From the IMG/VR virus record IMGVR_UViG_3300024180_000013, positions 1 through 38,482 of that record: 38,482 nucleotides of DNA; one strand, written 5' to 3'. Below, piece by piece: positions 34,745-38,482 of this stretch; position 1 is the first letter of the stretch, and each line of letters begins with the position of its first letter. The position numbers were made by a program, and so were the translations under genes. The notes beneath the pieces were generated by a model that ran no database searches, was not told the origin of the DNA, and saw nothing but the letters and a program-made list of their open reading frames with translations. This stretch comes from a virus. Taxonomy: Duplodnaviria; Caudoviricetes.

Positions 34745-35365
34745 TTAACATCCAACACTAACACCAGGCAATAAAACCCCTTGTCTAACACCTTCTTCAG
34801 TAATTGCAAAGGTCATAGTCCATTCCGCCGAACCAGTTGCGTCAACTGTGTGTGGTGTTTGAGTAACTGAAAAACTCATACCTGGACTTTCTCCGATTCC
34901 CGTTGCTGCCGTTAGGTCATAACTTGATGCCTTGATTGCTGTTGTTACTGCGTTATTGAAATACCAAAAACCGCTTGCATCCTTCCATGCTAATCTCATT
35001 CCTGAACTATTTTTATTTAACGTGTCGAAGTACGTAAAGTCACTACCATCGTCAGCCGTAAAAATAGTCTTAAATTCGATAGTCGTTTCACTGCCGACTA
35101 CTTTTTTCTTTTTGTAACTTACTGTGTGTACTGACTCAGTTGGTGCACCTACAACCAAATTTCCAATCGGTGACAAAGAAATGTCCCCAGCTGTGATTTT
35201 TGTTTGCCATTCGGCATTATCTGAAATGTCTGTAAATTCCGCATCACATTTAAACAGAATAAACTGCTGAATCGTGCTTTCTCTTGTTTCCTCCGCGCAT
35301 GAATCATAAGAAACTGGTGGAGTGGATGCACCTGTTGAGCAGCACCCTGTTGAACATAAACTCAT
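34745..35365 (-). CDS. Putative tail/structural protein
   Basis: Cys-rich N-terminus; beta-rich, Thr/Ser-rich 206 aa resembling tail-tube-type proteins. Confidence 0.5.
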   Translation of the reverse strand: MSLCSTGCCSTGASTPPVSYDSCAEETRESTIQQFILFKCDAEFTDISDNAEWQTKITAGDISLSPIGNLVVGAPTESVHTVSYKKKKVVGSETTIEFKTIFTADDGSDFTYFDTLNKNSSGMRLAWKDASGFWYFNNAVTTAIKASSYDLTAATGIGESPGMSFSVTQTPHTVDATGSAEWTMTFAITEEGVRQGVLLPGVSVGC

Positions 35366-35406
35366 AATCTTTAAAATTTAATTTTATATAAAATTAGTTT
35401 CCTTTT

Positions 35407-35694
35407 TTATTTCTTTCTTGACTTTTTCCCCTCACAGTTCCAAAGTTTTCTGGCAAAGTCATTAGCACCCGCACCACGTTTAGAACTCTTTATTCCACTT
35501 GAACGAGCGCAATAATTATCACCCCTTTTCGTTCCTGGCGCTGCTTTATATCCTTTTGCTCCAAATTGTACTGTACCGCTTTTCCCGTCCGTTGGGGTCG
35601 CTTTATACTTCTTTCCTTTTGCTGTACCTTTTGAAATCTTGTAACTCCTGCCCTTTACTTTTACAGTTTTACCAATTTTTATTCTACTAGCCAT
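35407..35694 (-). CDS. Small basic protein (DUF5754/DUF6321-like pattern)
   Basis: KGKKYKA...VQFGAKGY...RGDNYCARS...ANDFARKLWNC. Confidence 0.6.
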   Translation of the reverse strand: MASRIKIGKTVKVKGRSYKISKGTAKGKKYKATPTDGKSGTVQFGAKGYKAAPGTKRGDNYCARSSGIKSSKRGAGANDFARKLWNCEGKKSRKK

Positions 35695-35705
35695 ATTTTC
35701 TCGTT

Positions 35706-35930
35706 TTACTCTTCTTTGTTTTCTTCTTTTTTCTTTTTCCTTTCTTTTTTAAAGGGCTGTATTTCGTTTTCATCTAAGATTTGTTTTAAATGTTGCTTAG
35801 TAGGTATTCGCCAACCGTCCAAGTTTAAAGATTCTTTGTTGCGTTCGTACCAATCTTTTTTCTTTATGATTGGTGCAATACTTGACCGCCTGTAATTGTA
35901 TAAAATTATGTCGTTTTCTTGTAACTGCAT
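35706..35930 (-). CDS. Hypothetical protein
   Basis: First ORF after the 35950 promoter. Confidence 0.6.
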   Translation of the reverse strand: MQLQENDIILYNYRRSSIAPIIKKKDWYERNKESLNLDGWRIPTKQHLKQILDENEIQPFKKERKKKKEENKEE

Positions 35931-35949
35931 TATTAATATTATTTTCCTA

Positions 35950-35980
35950 CAATATAACCTTTTTTTCCCACAATACCAAA
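35950..35980 (-). promoter_or_regulatory. Phage promoter-like motif
   Basis: TTTGGTATTGTGGGAAAAAAAGGTTATATTG. Confidence 0.8.
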
Positions 35981-35996
35981 CTTTAGGCTATTTTTT

Positions 35997-36125
35997 TTAC
36001 TTTAATTTCCCACTTTTATCTAAAATATAGTCATTTCCCGTTCTAATATAGTAATATATAGGTATTAAGACGGTAGAAACACAAACCATGAACAAAATAG
36101 TATTGAAAACGTTTTTTAATTGCAT
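35997..36125 (-). CDS. Small 42-aa membrane peptide (not in track)
   Basis: MQLKNVFNTILFMVCVSTVLIPIYYYIRTGNDYILDKSGKLK; fills the gap and overlaps the upstream gene end. Confidence 0.4.
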   Translation of the reverse strand: MQLKNVFNTILFMVCVSTVLIPIYYYIRTGNDYILDKSGKLK

Positions 36126-37039
36126 CCGAATTTTTTCTCGCATTCTGTATATATGTTAAAATTATAAATAAACATCGGTAACGCTCCCACGTTAATCTCA
36201 GGCGTAAAACCATCCATCAAAAATTCAATATCATTAAAAAACAAGTTTTCACCCGCAAAAACATTTCTTATATATTTGTGCAAGTAAAAAGGTATTTTCT
36301 CAAGCAAACTGATGTTTTTTTGGTCACGTATTGTTGTAGTTGTTCTTATTGTTCCAGATGTTTCAACCTCAACCGCACCCTCTTCGTTTTGCATCACCGC
36401 CCAAATACCAATTTTATTGGAATACGCAAAGTTTGAACTACCCACAAAGCTATCAGCTAACCCGTAATAATTCCCACAACAATCTAAGAAACTATATTTA
36501 CTTTCAATGTACAATAAATCCTCGCAATCATCCAATTTTTTAAATGTTTCCGTACAGTAAACATCCGTTTCCGCTGCTACATCATCGTACACTTTAAATT
36601 TGATTGAAAAACAAGTACCCGCTAAATTCTCGCATTTATCAAAGTCTATTTGTATAGTTTGATAACTACCAACCCCCTCAGTATAGCCTACAACATAGTC
36701 ATTTGAGAAAGCAGTATAATCACTTGATACAACAATGCCGTCCACGTCCAATAATTCAGCTTTTACAAACAACCCCCAACCGCTTGCTGGATTGGTTGGG
36801 TCAGGATTAAACTCGTCAACTAACCTTAGTTGAATATCAAACACGCCCCCCGTTTCGTACTTCAAACAGAAAGGCGTTGCACCCTCTTCTAAGCTACAAT
36901 TAAAAAGCTGTGCGCAATCTTTAGCGATAAGTTCACATGATGCCCTACAATCAATTATATCGGGCATACAAACGGTTTTACCGTAACTTTTCAAGTCTAT
37001 ATTGTTGCCTTCGCTTTCTATGTTTAAATAATTTGCCAT
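36116..37039 (-). CDS. Cys-rich putative virion (tail) protein
   Basis: Acidic, many Cys (DCCGNYYG); in the structural region. Confidence 0.55.
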   Translation of the reverse strand: MANYLNIESEGNNIDLKSYGKTVCMPDIIDCRASCELIAKDCAQLFNCSLEEGATPFCLKYETGGVFDIQLRLVDEFNPDPTNPASGWGLFVKAELLDVDGIVVSSDYTAFSNDYVVGYTEGVGSYQTIQIDFDKCENLAGTCFSIKFKVYDDVAAETDVYCTETFKKLDDCEDLLYIESKYSFLDCCGNYYGLADSFVGSSNFAYSNKIGIWAVMQNEEGAVEVETSGTIRTTTTIRDQKNISLLEKIPFYLHKYIRNVFAGENLFFNDIEFLMDGFTPEINVGALPMFIYNFNIYTECEKKFGCN

Positions 37040-37048
37040 ATTTATATA

Positions 37049-38482
37049 TTAAAATAAACCAGTTGTATTACAAGATGATGCAACACCGTAAACGACTTGT
37101 GGAGTCGCTAACCATTGAACTCGATAATAGTTCTCTGGTATATTAGTTGCAAAAATGGTGATAAAATCAACCCAACCGCTGCCATTTGCACCACTCGAAA
37201 CCGTACCACAAACAAAACCCTCACCTTCGGCATAAGCTTTTAAATCATTAGCCATATCGAGGGACTCAGTACCAACGTAACCACCTACATTACCAATATT
37301 TGTACCGTCAGCAAGTTGCAAAAATGCTGCACCGTTAGTCAAAACACCGTCCCATTGTACAGTACATTTTGTGATATTTTGATACTCCAAACATCCCGTA
37401 ACGACACCCGTTTCTACCCCGTAATCCTCGTAAAATATTTCTATTATTCCAAGTGGCAAGTTTGTACCCGTTATTACAACATCATTAATTTGTCCGCTTG
37501 TTCCTACTGTTACCAATACTTGATTGTATATGTACCCGTTGGAGTCTAACCATGCAACAATATCTATAATCAATTGTCCTGCTCTAGCTTGTCCATCGTA
37601 CCCTGAAGGGTCACCTAATACGGGCGTCCCTCCGTAAGTTTGAAAGTAAACATTTGAACCTGTAGGGTCTGGACTTGTAAAAGAAACCGTACAGTACAAG
37701 GTACACGTTGAATCATCCAAGGTCGTTGTCGTTGGTGTCAATACGTGAGTACTACTGTAATTGCAACCATTTGAACGGTTAATGATTACGGTGTATTCGG
37801 ATGCGGGAAAAACACCACCAACCGACTCCAGCAATACATTGATACTACCCGTTAATGTTCCGCTAAATTCGTATGTTCCTATAATAGTTCCGTTGTGCTG
37901 AAACTCTATGTTGTCAACCTCTCCAGATGTAATACCACCAGACAAAGTAAAAGCCATGTCAAAGCTAATTTGCAAGGCGTTGGATGTTACTATTGTTTGA
38001 GCAAGTTGTATATCTATACAGTCGCAAGAGGTAGAAGTCAAAACACCTTCATAAATCAAAACCGTATTGAAACAATATCCAGCTGTTTGATTGGGGTTGA
38101 ACTCGGCAAGGTCTACGCAAAATTGGAAACCGTCTGTATCGTTAATTGGGTTAACTGGACTCAATGCCGATATAATTGTAGTATCCGACTTTGCTATATT
38201 TGCATTGGTGTGGTTGTTTTCCTCTTTTATCCCGCCTTTCGTGTCGTATGTGACGAGTCCTTGCGTATATTGACCACTCAAATTAGATTGGAATTTTGGA
38301 TAAAGTTTTCCATTGTAACTATCACACAAAGTTTCACCGATTGCGGTGCTTGTATCGTCTACAATTTCCAAAAATTCTATATTTGTATCATTACCTTCAA
38401 ACGCTCTAAAATTTAAGTCAATCGTCTTTCGTATATAGTCGGTTATTGTGTTAGTGCCGTCCGAATAAGTGAAAGTCCATTG
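37049..38482 (-). CDS. Large virion protein (5' end truncated by window edge) with duplicated C-terminal domain
   Basis: The frame stays open from 38482 (QWTFTYSDG...), so the TTG at 38371 is not the true start. Confidence 0.7.
   Translation of the reverse strand, partial: QWTFTYSDGTNTITDYIRKTIDLNFRAFEGNDTNIEFLEIVDDTSTAIGETLCDSYNGKLYPKFQSNLSGQYTQGLVTYDTKGGIKEENNHTNANIAKSDTTIISALSPVNPINDTDGFQFCVDLAEFNPNQTAGYCFNTVLIYEGVLTSTSCDCIDIQLAQTIVTSNALQISFDMAFTLSGGITSGEVDNIEFQHNGTIIGTYEFSGTLTGSINVLLESVGGVFPASEYTVIINRSNGCNYSSTHVLTPTTTTLDDSTCTLYCTVSFTSPDPTGSNVYFQTYGGTPVLGDPSGYDGQARAGQLIIDIVAWLDSNGYIYNQVLVTVGTSGQINDVVITGTNLPLGIIEIFYEDYGVETGVVTGCLEYQNITKCTVQWDGVLTNGAAFLQLADGTNIGNVGGYVGTESLDMANDLKAYAEGEGFVCGTVSSGANGSGWVDFITIFATNIPENYYRVQWLATPQVVYGVASSCNTTGLF

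Noticed and set aside
738-38416. All plus-strand ORFs in the track, and minus-strand 17803..17985
   Set aside because: They are shadows of well-supported minus-strand genes, with no motifs or expression signals.
1-38482. Stop-codon reassignment, tRNAs, DGR, integrase/repressor
   Set aside because: Long genes are intact in the standard code and all three stops are used. I recognised no cloverleaf, reverse transcriptase, TR/VR pair or lysogeny gene, so lifestyle cannot be decided from this window.

Overview
A 38.5-kb, AT-rich segment of a tailed dsDNA phage (Caudoviricetes) genome. Every credible gene is on the minus strand. The host is very probably Bacteroidota (Flavobacteriia-like), based on TTTG..TAnnTTTG promoters, A-rich leaders without Shine-Dalgarno sequences, a DUF3127-type SSB and signal peptides followed by Gln. 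In transcription order (right to left) it carries: Cys-rich virion genes, portal, head morphogenesis protein, scaffold, major capsid protein, two large decoration/fibre-like genes, neck genes, a beta-helix spike-like protein that has a signal peptide, and membrane/holin-like genes. These are followed by a metallophosphoesterase, dUTPase, replication initiator, primase-helicase, SSB, GH73 lysin, secreted SNase-type nuclease, Mom-like acyltransferase, annealing protein plus PD-(D/E)XK exonuclease, Dam-like methylase, thyA, a u-spanin candidate, and terS-HNH-terL (terL cut by the left edge). The most notable unexplained structure is at 5.2-8.3 kb: two 60-bp attC-like hairpin sites (TAAC...GTTA) bracket the mom-like gene, degenerate remnants bracket the dam-like gene, and no integrase is in view. 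This suggests DNA-modification genes moving as integron-like cassettes in a phage. All family assignments come from motif recognition by eye, not database searches.
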